A DNA stretch of 64,000 bases, taken from IMG/VR virus record IMGVR_UViG_2706795703_000001, positions 8,140 through 72,139 of that record. One strand, written 5' to 3'. The notes beneath the pieces were generated by a model. It was given only the letters and a program-made list of their open reading frames with translations. It had not been told where the DNA came from and ran no database searches. Made by a program: the position numbers and the translations under genes. The stretch's first letter is position 1, and the number at the start of each line of letters is the position of its first letter. This DNA is from a virus (Duplodnaviria > Caudoviricetes). Of this stretch, positions 45,185 through 54,068 are shown piece after piece.

Positions 45185-47007
45185 ACCTTGGCCCATGCCC
45201 TTCCCATGTCGGCGCGGTCGGTGCGCAGCACGGGGGTGCGCTGCGCCCAGGTGATCAGGAACGGCGGTGGGGTCAGCATGATGCGCTGCACCGCCTCGGC
45301 CACCTCGGTGTCGACCACCAGTTCGTCGTGCATGGCCAGCTGTAGGTGGTCGGCCAGGCCCTGGCGTTCCATCTCCACAATGCTGGCGGCCAGCACGTCG
45401 TAGGCCGACCCCTGGATGGCGTAGTTGACCGCCTTGTATTCAAACCCCGGGTCGACCGGCAGGATGCGCCCGCCAGCGGTGACGACCCGCCCGTAGGTCT
45501 CAGCCACGTTCTGCACCTTGCGCATCCAGCGTTCGCAGCCCTTCATGGCCTCGAACATCTGGCGGCGTATCTGGGCGGCCGACTCTTCGGTGTGGCCGAT
45601 GTTGCGGGCCAGCTTGGCGGTGCCCAGCCCGTACATCGTGCCCAGCAACACCACCTTGGCCACCGGGCGTTCGATCCCGGCGCTGCGCATGATCGGTTCG
45701 TAGAGGTCTTCGCCCGCCTCGAACGGGGCCAGAAATTCCACGTCCTGGGCCATCAGCGCCATGGTCACCGGCTCAATCTGGCTCCAGTCAATACTGGTCA
45801 GGCCCTGCCCGTCGTCGGTGATGATGGGCCGGGCGTCGGCGGGGAACTGCTGGAGTTCGGGGCTGCCGTAGGACATGCGTCCGGTGGCGCTGGCACCCAG
45901 CACCCCGACCTGGGGGTGGCACCGGCCGGTGACCGCCGCCTGACGGCTGACCTTCTCCAGGTATCCGGTGACCTTGTCGATGACCGCCAGCTTGCGCTGC
46001 GCATCGGCCAGCGGGTGGTCCAGGGCCTCCAGGTCGGCCTTGGTCGCGCGCAGCTGCTTGGTCGGGGTGCGCGGCCAGTTCGCAGGCAGCTCGCCCCGGT
46101 CATACAGGTACTGCACCAGCGCCTTGCCCTTGCCGCTGCCGCCTTCCAGCCCGTGCGCGGCCAACTCGGCAATGGCCAGGTTGCGGTCGACGTCCACCTG
46201 TTCCTGGTAGCGGTCGAGGTAGTCCATGTCTACGGCCAGCCCGACCGCTGACCGGCGCAGCATGACCCGGTGCACGGTCTCCTGGGTCCACAGCAGCTGC
46301 TCGGCCTCGGCCTCGGTGGTGGCCCCGTAGGTGACGAACGGGTGGTCGGTGGCCCAGTGGTGCGCCTTGGCCCGCATGATCGGCTCGACCGCCAGGGTGG
46401 CCACGGTGTCGGCCATGGCCCCGTAGCGGTAGACGGGGCTGGTGATGTCCATGCCCTCGAAACCAGCGGCCTGGGTTTTGTACCCGGCGGCTTTGAACGC
46501 GCGTTCCAGCCCGCCCTTGTCGTCGGTCAGCCCCAGGTGCCGGACCGACAGCGCGGTCAGGTTCTTGGGCACCATGACGTCGGGCACGGCGAAGCGGGTG
46601 ATCAGCAGGGTGTCCACGATGCGCTTGATGGTGCTGTCGGTGATCAGCCCCGCGTGGTACAGCGGCGGCACGTCAAACGGGGCGTTGTGGAAGATGACCC
46701 AGCTGGCATGGTGCAGCAGCGCCACGGTGACCTCGAAATGGTTCTGGTCGCGCTGGGGGTCCAGCAGGATGGTCTGCACCCCGCCGTCGGGGGTGGTCCA
46801 GGCGGCGGTGACGCAGTTGATCGTGAAGACGTTATCCAGACCCGGGGTCTCGATGTCGAAGGCGATGGGCTGGCTGCGGAAGTCGTACCCGTTGATGAAC
46901 CGGTCAGCCGCCCGCACCGCCTCGTGACCGGTGGCCATGGTCGCGCCCAGCAGCGGGTCATACCAGGCGCGGCTGGGTACCCGGGGCACTGCACTGGTCT
47001 GGGTCAC
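45181..47007 (-). CDS. DNA polymerase I-like (family A) with 3'-5' exonuclease (608 aa)
   Basis: Exonuclease motifs FDIET, HNAPFD, YGAMD; polymerase motifs IDWSQIE, K...GTMYG, MHDEL. Confidence 0.92.
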   Translation of the reverse strand: MTQTSAVPRVPSRAWYDPLLGATMATGHEAVRAADRFINGYDFRSQPIAFDIETPGLDNVFTINCVTAAWTTPDGGVQTILLDPQRDQNHFEVTVALLHHASWVIFHNAPFDVPPLYHAGLITDSTIKRIVDTLLITRFAVPDVMVPKNLTALSVRHLGLTDDKGGLERAFKAAGYKTQAAGFEGMDITSPVYRYGAMADTVATLAVEPIMRAKAHHWATDHPFVTYGATTEAEAEQLLWTQETVHRVMLRRSAVGLAVDMDYLDRYQEQVDVDRNLAIAELAAHGLEGGSGKGKALVQYLYDRGELPANWPRTPTKQLRATKADLEALDHPLADAQRKLAVIDKVTGYLEKVSRQAAVTGRCHPQVGVLGASATGRMSYGSPELQQFPADARPIITDDGQGLTSIDWSQIEPVTMALMAQDVEFLAPFEAGEDLYEPIMRSAGIERPVAKVVLLGTMYGLGTAKLARNIGHTEESAAQIRRQMFEAMKGCERWMRKVQNVAETYGRVVTAGGRILPVDPGFEYKAVNYAIQGSAYDVLAASIVEMERQGLADHLQLAMHDELVVDTEVAEAVQRIMLTPPPFLITWAQRTPVLRTDRADMGRAWAKV

Positions 47008-47588
47008 GGGGCCACCTGGTTCCAGGCGTCGGCCAGGGCCTCGCGCAGCTCGTCGGCAGTGGCGTCGTCACCCACGCGGCTGATGGCCGCGAACAGTGCG
47101 TCCTCCAGCTCCTGGCGCATCTCGGTGCGACCCTGCTTGGTGCCCAGCTCCTCGGCGTCGGCCACCTTCTCGGACAGCTCGTCCTCGGTGTACATCGTCT
47201 CGTTGTCGATGTCCTCCTGGGCCTGGGCACCGTCGGCGTGGCCCTCGTCGTACTTGGCTGCCAGCTGATCATCGGTGACGGCCGGGCCAGCCATGGAGCC
47301 AGCGGTGCCCGGCGGGCAGGTGTACTGGCCGGTCTCGGTGTGAATCCAGCCCCGATCCGGCCCGTTGGTGGTGTGCACCGGATGGCTGCACTCGGGGCAC
47401 GCACCCCGGTCGGTCAGGTACTCGGTGGCGATGGTCAGCGGGTCGGCCACCGGCGGGAATGTCTCCAGCTCAACGGCGGCGCGCTTCATGCGCTTGAGCA
47501 TCGCGGCGCTGACGTTGCCCACGATGTCACCGTGGTTCTCCAGCAGGGCCACGGCGGCGTTCAGCTCGGCTGCGGTTGGGGTGGTCAC
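47004..47588 (-). CDS. Hypothetical protein (194 aa)
   Basis: GTGA overlaps; codon bias; CPECSH motif. Confidence 0.7.
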   Translation of the reverse strand: MTTPTAAELNAAVALLENHGDIVGNVSAAMLKRMKRAAVELETFPPVADPLTIATEYLTDRGACPECSHPVHTTNGPDRGWIHTETGQYTCPPGTAGSMAGPAVTDDQLAAKYDEGHADGAQAQEDIDNETMYTEDELSEKVADAEELGTKQGRTEMRQELEDALFAAISRVGDDATADELREALADAWNQVAP

Positions 47589-48295
47589 TCGTACACCTTT
47601 CCAAGGACAAATTCGGCCGACTCCTTGGTCAGGCCACGGGCTTTAAACGGTCGCAGTGCGTCGGCAAATTCGCCCAGCAGCGGCACCTCGTCGGGCTTGA
47701 GCATGACCGGCGCGCCGCGTACCGGCTTCGGTCCCTCCCAGCCGTCCACGCTCAGCTCGTCCACCCGGCCATCGCTGTAGCGCACCCGTACCCCGCCCAG
47801 GGGCGGCGCGGTGACATCCACGACCACCTGGACAATCTCGGTGCCCGCCTCGGGCTCGCCGGGGTCCAGGTAGTCCTGGAACTGAGTCGCCAGCGCCAGG
47901 GTGACGGCCGCTGGCCCGCCCCGGCCGGTGTTCACGCGGGCGGCGCACTCCAGCGCCTTCTCACGCGCCCAGGTGCCGCCGTGGTCGGCCACACCGCTGA
48001 GCATGGGCAGTTCGCTGCCCAGGTATTCCGCGTTCTGGTAGTCGCCGACGCGCACCACCGTGGCGGGGTAGGTGACCCCGGCGGCGGCGATGGTCTGCGG
48101 ATCCCAGCCACCGGGGCTGATCCACACGTCCACCGTGGGGAAGCCCGACTCGGTGCTGACCTCGCGCCGGATGAACGCCACCGCCTCGCTGGTCGGGTCA
48201 CCGACGATGCGCAGCCAGCTGATGATGGTGCCGTCGGGCAGGGTGCGCAGATGGGCCTCGTCGCGGATCACCGCCACGTCGTTGTAGGTGGTCAC
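47585..48295 (-). CDS. Hypothetical protein (236 aa)
   Basis: GTGA overlaps; codon bias. Confidence 0.7.
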   Translation of the reverse strand: MTTYNDVAVIRDEAHLRTLPDGTIISWLRIVGDPTSEAVAFIRREVSTESGFPTVDVWISPGGWDPQTIAAAGVTYPATVVRVGDYQNAEYLGSELPMLSGVADHGGTWAREKALECAARVNTGRGGPAAVTLALATQFQDYLDPGEPEAGTEIVQVVVDVTAPPLGGVRVRYSDGRVDELSVDGWEGPKPVRGAPVMLKPDEVPLLGEFADALRPFKARGLTKESAEFVLGKVYE

Positions 48296-48723
48296 CGGTC
48301 ACCGCCGTCAGCAGCGACACCGGCCACGGTGGTTTCGTAGTCGGTCAGGCCCTTGGCCACGGCTGCGGGCAGCGCGTCGCGGTTCACCCCGGTGCTGTAG
48401 CTGTTGAACTCCCGCTTGCGGTAGCTGTTGGCGTTGTCACTGACCTCGCCGGACACCAGGCGGCGCGGCCCCGACAACGTCACGCTCATCAGCACGCCGT
48501 TGGTCCACTTGGCGCGCACCAGGGCGGGCTTGAAGCTGACGCTGCGGCTGAACTCGGCCAGCATGTCGGGCACCAGGGCCTGCACAGCGAAGTCGGCGCG
48601 GTGGCGCACGATGTGGGTGTCGGTGTAGCCCTTCAGGCCCTGGGGCTCGGCGTAACGCCGGGTCTCCACAGTGTTGGTGCTGTCCAGCCACTGGAGGGGG
48701 CCCAGGGGGTCGGTCGTGGGCAT
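48292..48723 (-). CDS. Hypothetical protein (143 aa)
   Basis: ATG 48723 after a CA-rich leader. Confidence 0.65.
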   Translation of the reverse strand: MPTTDPLGPLQWLDSTNTVETRRYAEPQGLKGYTDTHIVRHRADFAVQALVPDMLAEFSRSVSFKPALVRAKWTNGVLMSVTLSGPRRLVSGEVSDNANSYRKREFNSYSTGVNRDALPAAVAKGLTDYETTVAGVAADGGDR

Positions 48724-48755
48724 AGCGGTTCTCACTTTCGCGGTTGTGGTGGGTG

Positions 48756-49064
48756 CTACTTGTCGATGATCGGGTCGACCAGGTGGGGGTAGTCGCTGTA
48801 ATCGGCGGGTGGGTTGACGCTGACGGGGTGCATGACGTCCAGCGTCACCTCCCGTTCGGCACCGTAGCCGTAGGTCAGGAACACCTGGTCGGACTTGCTG
48901 CTGATCTGGCACAGCTCGGCGTCCACCATCGTGGTGATCTGGCGGTAATCGTCATAGGTGCTGAAGCGGATGGTCAGGCCGATATGGTCCATGGCGTTCA
49001 GCTTGCCCGCTGCCACCACCCGCCAGGTGCTGGGGACCGTTGCCGGGGCCGTTGCCTTGCTCAC
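48756..49064 (-). CDS. Hypothetical protein (102 aa)
   Basis: GTGA overlap; codon bias. Confidence 0.65.
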   Translation of the reverse strand: MSKATAPATVPSTWRVVAAGKLNAMDHIGLTIRFSTYDDYRQITTMVDAELCQISSKSDQVFLTYGYGAEREVTLDVMHPVSVNPPADYSDYPHLVDPIIDK

Positions 49065-49396
49065 CGGGCACCGCCCAGCACGAAGTCGACCAGGGTGGTG
49101 GTCGGCAAGGTCGGGCGGTACAGCCCCGGCGGTACGCCCTGGGCGTTGTCGGGGCCGCAGATGTGGTTGCCGTGCAGGCGGCAGTCGAACGCCGGGTCAT
49201 CCTCGGCGGGCTCCAGGCCGGTCACCATGAAGACGTACTCGGCATAGGTCACCGACTGGCCGGTGGCGGCGTCGTCGGGCACCGCCTTGTCGGTGTTAGG
49301 CCAGACCAGCGCGGCACCGATGGGCATACCGACGGCCAGGCCGACCAGAAGCCCGGCGGTGAATACCACCGCGCGGTCGGAATTGGTAATGGGCAC
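49061..49396 (-). CDS. Membrane-anchored protein (111 aa)
   Basis: N-terminal TM helix; FDCRLHGNHICGP motif. Confidence 0.7.
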   Translation of the reverse strand: MPITNSDRAVVFTAGLLVGLAVGMPIGAALVWPNTDKAVPDDAATGQSVTYAEYVFMVTGLEPAEDDPAFDCRLHGNHICGPDNAQGVPPGLYRPTLPTTTLVDFVLGGAR

Positions 49397-49423
49397 GTGA
49401 GTGGTCCTTCCAGGTCAACCGTA

Positions 49424-49481
49424 GCGGGACTGTCCCGCTGGGGTGACTAAGGTTATAGCTTATTGACCGTTGCCCCGTCAA
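49424..49481 (-). promoter_or_regulatory. Promoter TTGACG-N18-TATAAC with the conserved leader hairpin but no spacer palindrome
   Basis: -35 at 49476-81, -10 at 49452-57, hairpin at 49424-38. Confidence 0.7.
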
Positions 49482-49877
49482 CTACTTGCCCGACACCGGC
49501 GGGCGAACACCTGTCTGGGCCCATGCCTGACCACGCTGCATCTGGTACAGCAGCGACAGCGACCGGGCCACGTCGGGCGGCAGGGTGGTCAGCAGCAGAC
49601 CCCACTGGCCGCCGCTGATCGCGCGGTCACCGACCACCGCCGGACGCGCCATCAGTTCCTGGCACATCGCCACGAACGGGCCGAAGCGGTTGGCGTCCAC
49701 GCGCTGGGTCACCGCCGCCCCCAAGGCGAACGCCAGGGCGATGGTGGGTGCGGCCGACAGCGGGGTGGTGTCGGCGAAGGTCGGCTCGGGCACGGCGGGC
49801 AGTCGCCGGGATGGTCCGGTGCCGGGCGGGTAGCCACTGGCGGTGTGTTGGCTGCCGTCGTCGTAGGTGTCGGTCAC
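49482..49877 (-). CDS. Hypothetical protein (131 aa)
   Basis: Downstream of the 49950-49979 promoter; codon bias. Confidence 0.6.
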   Translation of the reverse strand: MTDTYDDGSQHTASGYPPGTGPSRRLPAVPEPTFADTTPLSAAPTIALAFALGAAVTQRVDANRFGPFVAMCQELMARPAVVGDRAISGGQWGLLLTTLPPDVARSLSLLYQMQRGQAWAQTGVRPPVSGK

Positions 49878-49949
49878 TGCCCCAGACTAGCCCGCCCTTG
49901 TCGTGGTTGTCACCGGCGTCAGCCTCAGGCGCGTGCGCGCGGGCGCGTC

Positions 49950-49979
49950 AGCGTACCGGAATGACCCCCATTTTGTCAA
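49950..49979 (-). promoter_or_regulatory. SigA-like promoter TTGACA-N18-TACGCT
   Basis: Consensus match at the head of the leftward block. Confidence 0.65.
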
Positions 49980-49985
49980 GGGGCC

Positions 49986-50015
49986 TTGCATAGACCTTGA
50001 CATGGACACTAGGCT
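49986..50015 (+). promoter_or_regulatory. Candidate rightward promoter TTGCAT-N18-TAGGCT
   Basis: Back-to-back with the leftward promoter; precedes a structured non-coding stretch. Confidence 0.5.
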
Positions 50016-50218
50016 GGCCCGCTAGCGCCTACCAGCCAGTGACCCCCGTCTTCGGCAAGAGAATGAGTTTTACTAAGACAAGCGGTTGACACGGGCTGGT
50101 AGAAGAACCGGGGCGACGCCCACGGGGCCCTACCCGCCCCCGGCCTCGCCGGGCGGGTATCCCCAACGGCCATGCCAGTGGTTGCCGAAGCGGTTATTAG
50201 TGGGTTAGCGTAAATGTT

Positions 50219-50962
50219 ATGACCACAACCAAGCGCACGACCACAGCACCCAAGGGTGATGTGCGGACAGAGACCCTGGACGAGTTCGATGACCTGCTGG
50301 GCGAGTACGCCAATGGCGAGACGGACTTCGCCTACCTGGTGCGGTCCCTGTGGGCCACCCGCGAAGGGATCAAGCAGCTGGACGCTGCACGCAAAGCAGT
50401 CTTCGAGCACGTCAAGGCCGCCCACACCCTGGGCCATACCACCGTGGCCGGGTACCGGCTGAAGATGACCAGCCCACCGGAGCCGACCGCCTACACCAGC
50501 GTGGCCAGTGCAGCGGTGAAGACTGCCGACGTGGCCGCGTGGCGGCGGGCGCAGGCCCTGGCACCGTTCGTGCAGGTGAAGGCACCGGCGGGGATGGCGG
50601 TGGCAGAGGAAGCGGTGCCGGAGGAGGCGGCGGTGGACTTCGTCGCACCCGAGGCGGCGGTGGTCTGCTACAAGGAACACCCCGCGTGGGCCCGGCTGCG
50701 CGAGCTGCGGGTGGTGGAACAGGAGACCCTGGGGCGGCTGGAGAAGCTGGCGGCGGATTTCGGCTGGGACGGTGACCTCAAGGTTTTCGCCGATGGCTGG
50801 TCGGTGCAGCTGCGGCGCTTGCAGTTCAGCGCGGAGAAGCTGGCAGCGACCGACCCGGCGGTGTTTGACCGGTGCGCAGTGACCAAGCTGAAGGTGGTCA
50901 ACCCGCACGTCATCGTGGCCAGGGTGCGCGACGACGGCACAGAAGACGACGGCGTGGAATAG
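50219..50962 (+). CDS. Hypothetical protein (247 aa) with a duplicated coiled-coil/beta module
   Basis: Leaderless ATG 7 nt after TAGCGT, with TTGCCG 18 nt upstream; codon bias. Confidence 0.75.
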   Translation: MTTTKRTTTAPKGDVRTETLDEFDDLLGEYANGETDFAYLVRSLWATREGIKQLDAARKAVFEHVKAAHTLGHTTVAGYRLKMTSPPEPTAYTSVASAAVKTADVAAWRRAQALAPFVQVKAPAGMAVAEEAVPEEAAVDFVAPEAAVVCYKEHPAWARLRELRVVEQETLGRLEKLAADFGWDGDLKVFADGWSVQLRRLQFSAEKLAATDPAVFDRCAVTKLKVVNPHVIVARVRDDGTEDDGVE

Positions 50963-51012
50963 CCCCGTGAGCTGCGGCGATGGTGTTGGTACTAGCGCCG
51001 CAGCAAAATACG

Positions 51013-51028
51013 GGTTATATGTATAACC
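51013..51028. promoter_or_regulatory. AT-rich palindrome GGTTATA-TG-TATAACC abutting the RHH start codon (putative operator)
   Basis: Perfect 7-bp inverted repeat ending 1 nt before the ATG. Confidence 0.6.
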
Positions 51029-51286
51029 ATGGTCCAGATAAAAGGCCCCCGCCGGGGCCGCCCACCCGGCCCAGCCAAGTTGCTGGTGCCCGTCAAAATG
51101 CTGCCTGAGCAGCGCAAACGCTTCAAGGTGATGTGTGCTGCGCAAGGCGTCAGCTACGAGGAGAAAATCGTGCAGTGGATGGACAACGAGGAGGCCAACG
51201 CGCGGCGTAAAGCTGCACGTCAGGCCCACCCCTTGCACCAGCCCAAGCCCGCCAGCTACTACCCCGGCGGTGGTCGTAATGGCTGA
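51029..51286 (+). CDS. Ribbon-helix-helix-like DNA-binding protein (85 aa)
   Basis: LLVPVKMLPEQRKRFKVMCAAQGVSYEEKIVQWMD pattern. Confidence 0.65.
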   Translation: MVQIKGPRRGRPPGPAKLLVPVKMLPEQRKRFKVMCAAQGVSYEEKIVQWMDNEEANARRKAARQAHPLHQPKPASYYPGGGRNG

Positions 51287-51611
51287 GGGCGGCGCGGTGG
51301 CTGGCCCCGGCCCGGCCGACGACGACAGCGTGGCCGCCATGCTGTCGCCTGGGGCAACGGTGTGGACGGGGCTGCCCGTCACCTGCACCAGCTGTCACAA
51401 CGCCGGTATGCCGGTCATGGGGCAGGACGGCTGGCAGCTGCCCGTCCACGGCCGGGTGCAGCAGGAGTTCCCCTTCGGCATCGTCACCTGCCCCGGGTCC
51501 ATGACGCCGGTGACGGCCATGCAGACCCCGCAGGCCATGACCGACCGCATCGAGCAGCACGTGGTGGACGCCATGCCCCCGCGCATTAACGAGGAGTACG
51601 ACACACCATGA
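51279..51611 (+). CDS. Cys/His-containing hypothetical protein (110 aa)
   Basis: CTSC...H...CPGS; ATG 51279. Confidence 0.6.
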   Translation: MAEGGAVAGPGPADDDSVAAMLSPGATVWTGLPVTCTSCHNAGMPVMGQDGWQLPVHGRVQQEFPFGIVTCPGSMTPVTAMQTPQAMTDRIEQHVVDAMPPRINEEYDTP

Positions 51612-51763
51612 CGCCCTGGACGCTGCCCCCGTGGCAGGTAGCCCTCATGCGCACCATCGGCGCGCTGCCGGATAAGGCCCAGCTGGTGGCGGCGATGCCA
51701 CGCCAGTACGGTCACCGGCTGCGCGGTCACCGCCTGATCAGGACGGGGCAGCGCCGTGGATGA
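51608..51763 (+). CDS. Hypothetical protein (51 aa)
   Basis: ATGA coupling and SD GAGGAG; fills the gap between ORFs. Confidence 0.5.
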   Translation: MTPWTLPPWQVALMRTIGALPDKAQLVAAMPRQYGHRLRGHRLIRTGQRRG

Positions 51764-52277
51764 ATGGCCCGAGCTGGAGGAATTGGCCCGCGCCGTCGAC
51801 GCCTGGCGCGACTGGCCCGTGGCGCTGCCCGTCGACGCCCAGCGCGTCATCGACGCGGCCGGGCCGGTGGTCGACAACTACCGCAGCCAGAAGGTGCTGA
51901 TCGAGCACTACAAGAACATGCCGCCGATCAGCCTGGAGACGTTGCGCCACCAGGGTCTGGTGTCCACCGAGCAGTACGCCCGCCAGGTCGGCATCCCCTT
52001 CCACCGCACCTGCTGCACGTCGACCATCGACCAGGCCCACCTGGCCAGCTGCGCCCAGTCCGACCACGGCCAGACCCTGCCGACCGCAGCGGTAGCGGCA
52101 GCTGAGGCGGCGGCCGACGCCGCCCTGGACGGCCTGGGCCTGACCGGCTACAAGGCGGTCATGGAGGTGGCCGGGCTGGACGACCAGGAGGTGGCCTGCC
52201 CTGGCGGGTGCGGCATGTACTACCGGCCGTTGTTTAGCTGCCACGTCTGCCCCGGGCCACCGGCGGCGACGACGTGA
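51756..52277 (+). CDS. Hypothetical protein with Cys-rich C-terminus (173 aa)
   Basis: Codon bias; CPGGCG...CHVC. Confidence 0.7.
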   Translation: MDEWPELEELARAVDAWRDWPVALPVDAQRVIDAAGPVVDNYRSQKVLIEHYKNMPPISLETLRHQGLVSTEQYARQVGIPFHRTCCTSTIDQAHLASCAQSDHGQTLPTAAVAAAEAAADAALDGLGLTGYKAVMEVAGLDDQEVACPGGCGMYYRPLFSCHVCPGPPAATT

Positions 52278-52504
52278 CCCACCTGACCGCGCCCGGCGGC
52301 TGGCGGCTGCCCACCGAGTACGTCTACGAGTTCACCGATGTACCCGCGCCCGTGGTGGACATGCTGCTGCCCGGCTTCACCATCGTCAGGGGCGGCATCC
52401 GCTACCCCATCGGCCCGGTCCGGCACTACCGATGGCGTGCCCGTGCCCGCTGGGGTAGGCGCATCAAGCGCGTGCTGTTCGGTGTGCAGTGGGTCGACCG
52501 GTGA
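52274..52504 (+). CDS. Hypothetical protein (76 aa)
   Basis: GTGA overlaps at both ends. Confidence 0.65.
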   Translation: MTHLTAPGGWRLPTEYVYEFTDVPAPVVDMLLPGFTIVRGGIRYPIGPVRHYRWRARARWGRRIKRVLFGVQWVDR

Positions 52505-52689
52505 CCCTGGACCACACCAACCGCGACATCACCCGGTCACGGGTGGACCAGGCCACCGCCTGCTACTACGCCCGCAGCCGCCGGGTCATCGTCGTGGCCG
52601 ACAAGGGCGACTTCAGCGCGGCCATGCGGGCGCTGACCGAGCTGCGCGACCACGTGGGGGCAACCCATGGGGAACAATCGGCACCATGA
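52501..52689 (+). CDS. Hypothetical protein (62 aa)
   Basis: GTG 52501 coupled to the upstream stop. Confidence 0.6.
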   Translation: MTLDHTNRDITRSRVDQATACYYARSRRVIVVADKGDFSAAMRALTELRDHVGATHGEQSAP

Positions 52690-53306
52690 GCGGCACCGAT
52701 GACGACGACGGCAGCACCGTCAGTGACGCCGACCTGGGCGCGCTGCTGGACGAGGAGCTGCTGGCCCGGCGCACCAAGGTCATGTTCCTGCGCAACGCCG
52801 GGGCCACCTGGGCGGCGGTGGCCAAGGAGGTGGGGGCGGCGGTGTCCACCGTCCGCAAGGATTACAAGATCGTCTGCCGCGACATCAACAACGAGCAGCC
52901 CGCTGACGTGGTGGCACGTCACCGCGCGGTCATCTTCGATATCCAGCGTGCCAACTACCCGGCCATGATGCGCGGGGACAAGGATGCCGCCGCCATCGTG
53001 CTGCGCGCGCTGGACCGCGAGGCCAAGCTGCTGGGCCTGGACGCCCCGACGCGGATCCTGGCCGGGGTCAGCGACGTGGAGTTCGCCAACGAGGCTGCGC
53101 GGCTAATTGACCGTATCGTCACACTGGACCCCACAACCATGAAGGAGCTAAGCCGTGCCACCAGTTCAGGCCCCCGCATCATCGACGCCGAACCCGCTGA
53201 CGTTCCCGCTGACGCGCAAGGTGCTACGCAACCTGCGCCGGTGTCTGCGGCGCAACGTGACGCTGACCCCGGTGCCGACGATGACGACTGGAGCAACATC
53301 GCCTGA
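52686..53306 (+). CDS. HTH protein, possible terminase small subunit (206 aa)
   Basis: HTH LRNAGATWAAVAKEVGAAVSTV, then the helical hairpin AAAIVLRALDREAKLLGLDAP. Confidence 0.55.
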   Translation: MSGTDDDDGSTVSDADLGALLDEELLARRTKVMFLRNAGATWAAVAKEVGAAVSTVRKDYKIVCRDINNEQPADVVARHRAVIFDIQRANYPAMMRGDKDAAAIVLRALDREAKLLGLDAPTRILAGVSDVEFANEAARLIDRIVTLDPTTMKELSRATSSGPRIIDAEPADVPADAQGATQPAPVSAAQRDADPGADDDDWSNIA

Positions 53307-53820
53307 CCCGCACCAGAGCTGGACGGTCAAACACACCGCCCAGCTGGTGGAACGCCACGAGGTCTACGCCACCACCGCCGAGGACCGCCCCGACGTGGCC
53401 AACTACGGCGACGCGGTGGCCGCCATGTTCGACCAGGCCCGCGCCTGGCACGACGCGCACAACCTGGCCCCCATGGACCTGGCCCGCTTCGTCCGCGTCG
53501 CCGCCGACGGCAAGCCCGCCGCCGTCGGGGTCAGCTGGACGGTCACCGTCGGCCGGGGCGACATCAGCACCGACCAGCGCCTGCCCGGTGTCATGGACGC
53601 CTGGCGGTGGTCGGCACGCTTCCACCACTGGCGTCGGGTATTCAACCGCCTAGACGGGCGTCAGGGCCGTCTGTTGGCCGCCCGCGACGACGCACGCGGG
53701 GCCACCGTGCACAAGCTCTTTCCCGAGCACGACCGCGCGGCCGACACCGTGGTGCCCTGGGCCCAGCTACCGCCGGAGCTGAACGTGACGCCGTTTGACC
53801 CGCCCCCGGCCACCCAGTAG
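53281..53820 (+). CDS. Hypothetical protein (about 179 aa, start uncertain)
   Basis: Codon bias in the 53155-53820 frame. Confidence 0.6.
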   Translation: MTTGATSPDPHQSWTVKHTAQLVERHEVYATTAEDRPDVANYGDAVAAMFDQARAWHDAHNLAPMDLARFVRVAADGKPAAVGVSWTVTVGRGDISTDQRLPGVMDAWRWSARFHHWRRVFNRLDGRQGRLLAARDDARGATVHKLFPEHDRAADTVVPWAQLPPELNVTPFDPPPATQ

Positions 53821-53834
53821 CTATCCTGACCGCT

Positions 53835-54068
53835 ATGGGCCTCGATGACCGCAACCCCGCCACCGTCCACCTGGCACGCCTGCTGGAGCCGAACCCGAAC
53901 TTGCCGGACCGGATGCACAACGTGGCCGACGTCGCGGCCTGTCACCGCGACAAGATGCTGGAGCTGCTGGGGGACGGGCCCGAGCTGACCGCCGGGCTGC
54001 GCAAGCTGCTGGAGGCCAAAGACTGCTTCGTGCGCCAGGCGCTGCTGGACGAGGTCGATGGGCAGTGA
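53835..54068 (+). CDS. Small helical protein, Acb2/Tad1-like candidate (77 aa)
   Basis: GPELTAGLRKLLEAKDCFVRQA; leaderless ATG 7 nt after TATCCT. Confidence 0.7.
   Translation: MGLDDRNPATVHLARLLEPNPNLPDRMHNVADVAACHRDKMLELLGDGPELTAGLRKLLEAKDCFVRQALLDEVDGQ

Noticed and set aside
38323-47007. Inteins or introns in helicase, primase or polymerase
   Set aside because: No C1/HN-C splice motifs, LAGLIDADG blocks or unexplained insertions; protein lengths are compact.
41321-47007. DNA base-modification pathway (7-deazaguanine or Z-base)
   Set aside because: No dpdA/queC/queD/queE/folE or purZ-like ORF recognised in this window; could lie outside it.
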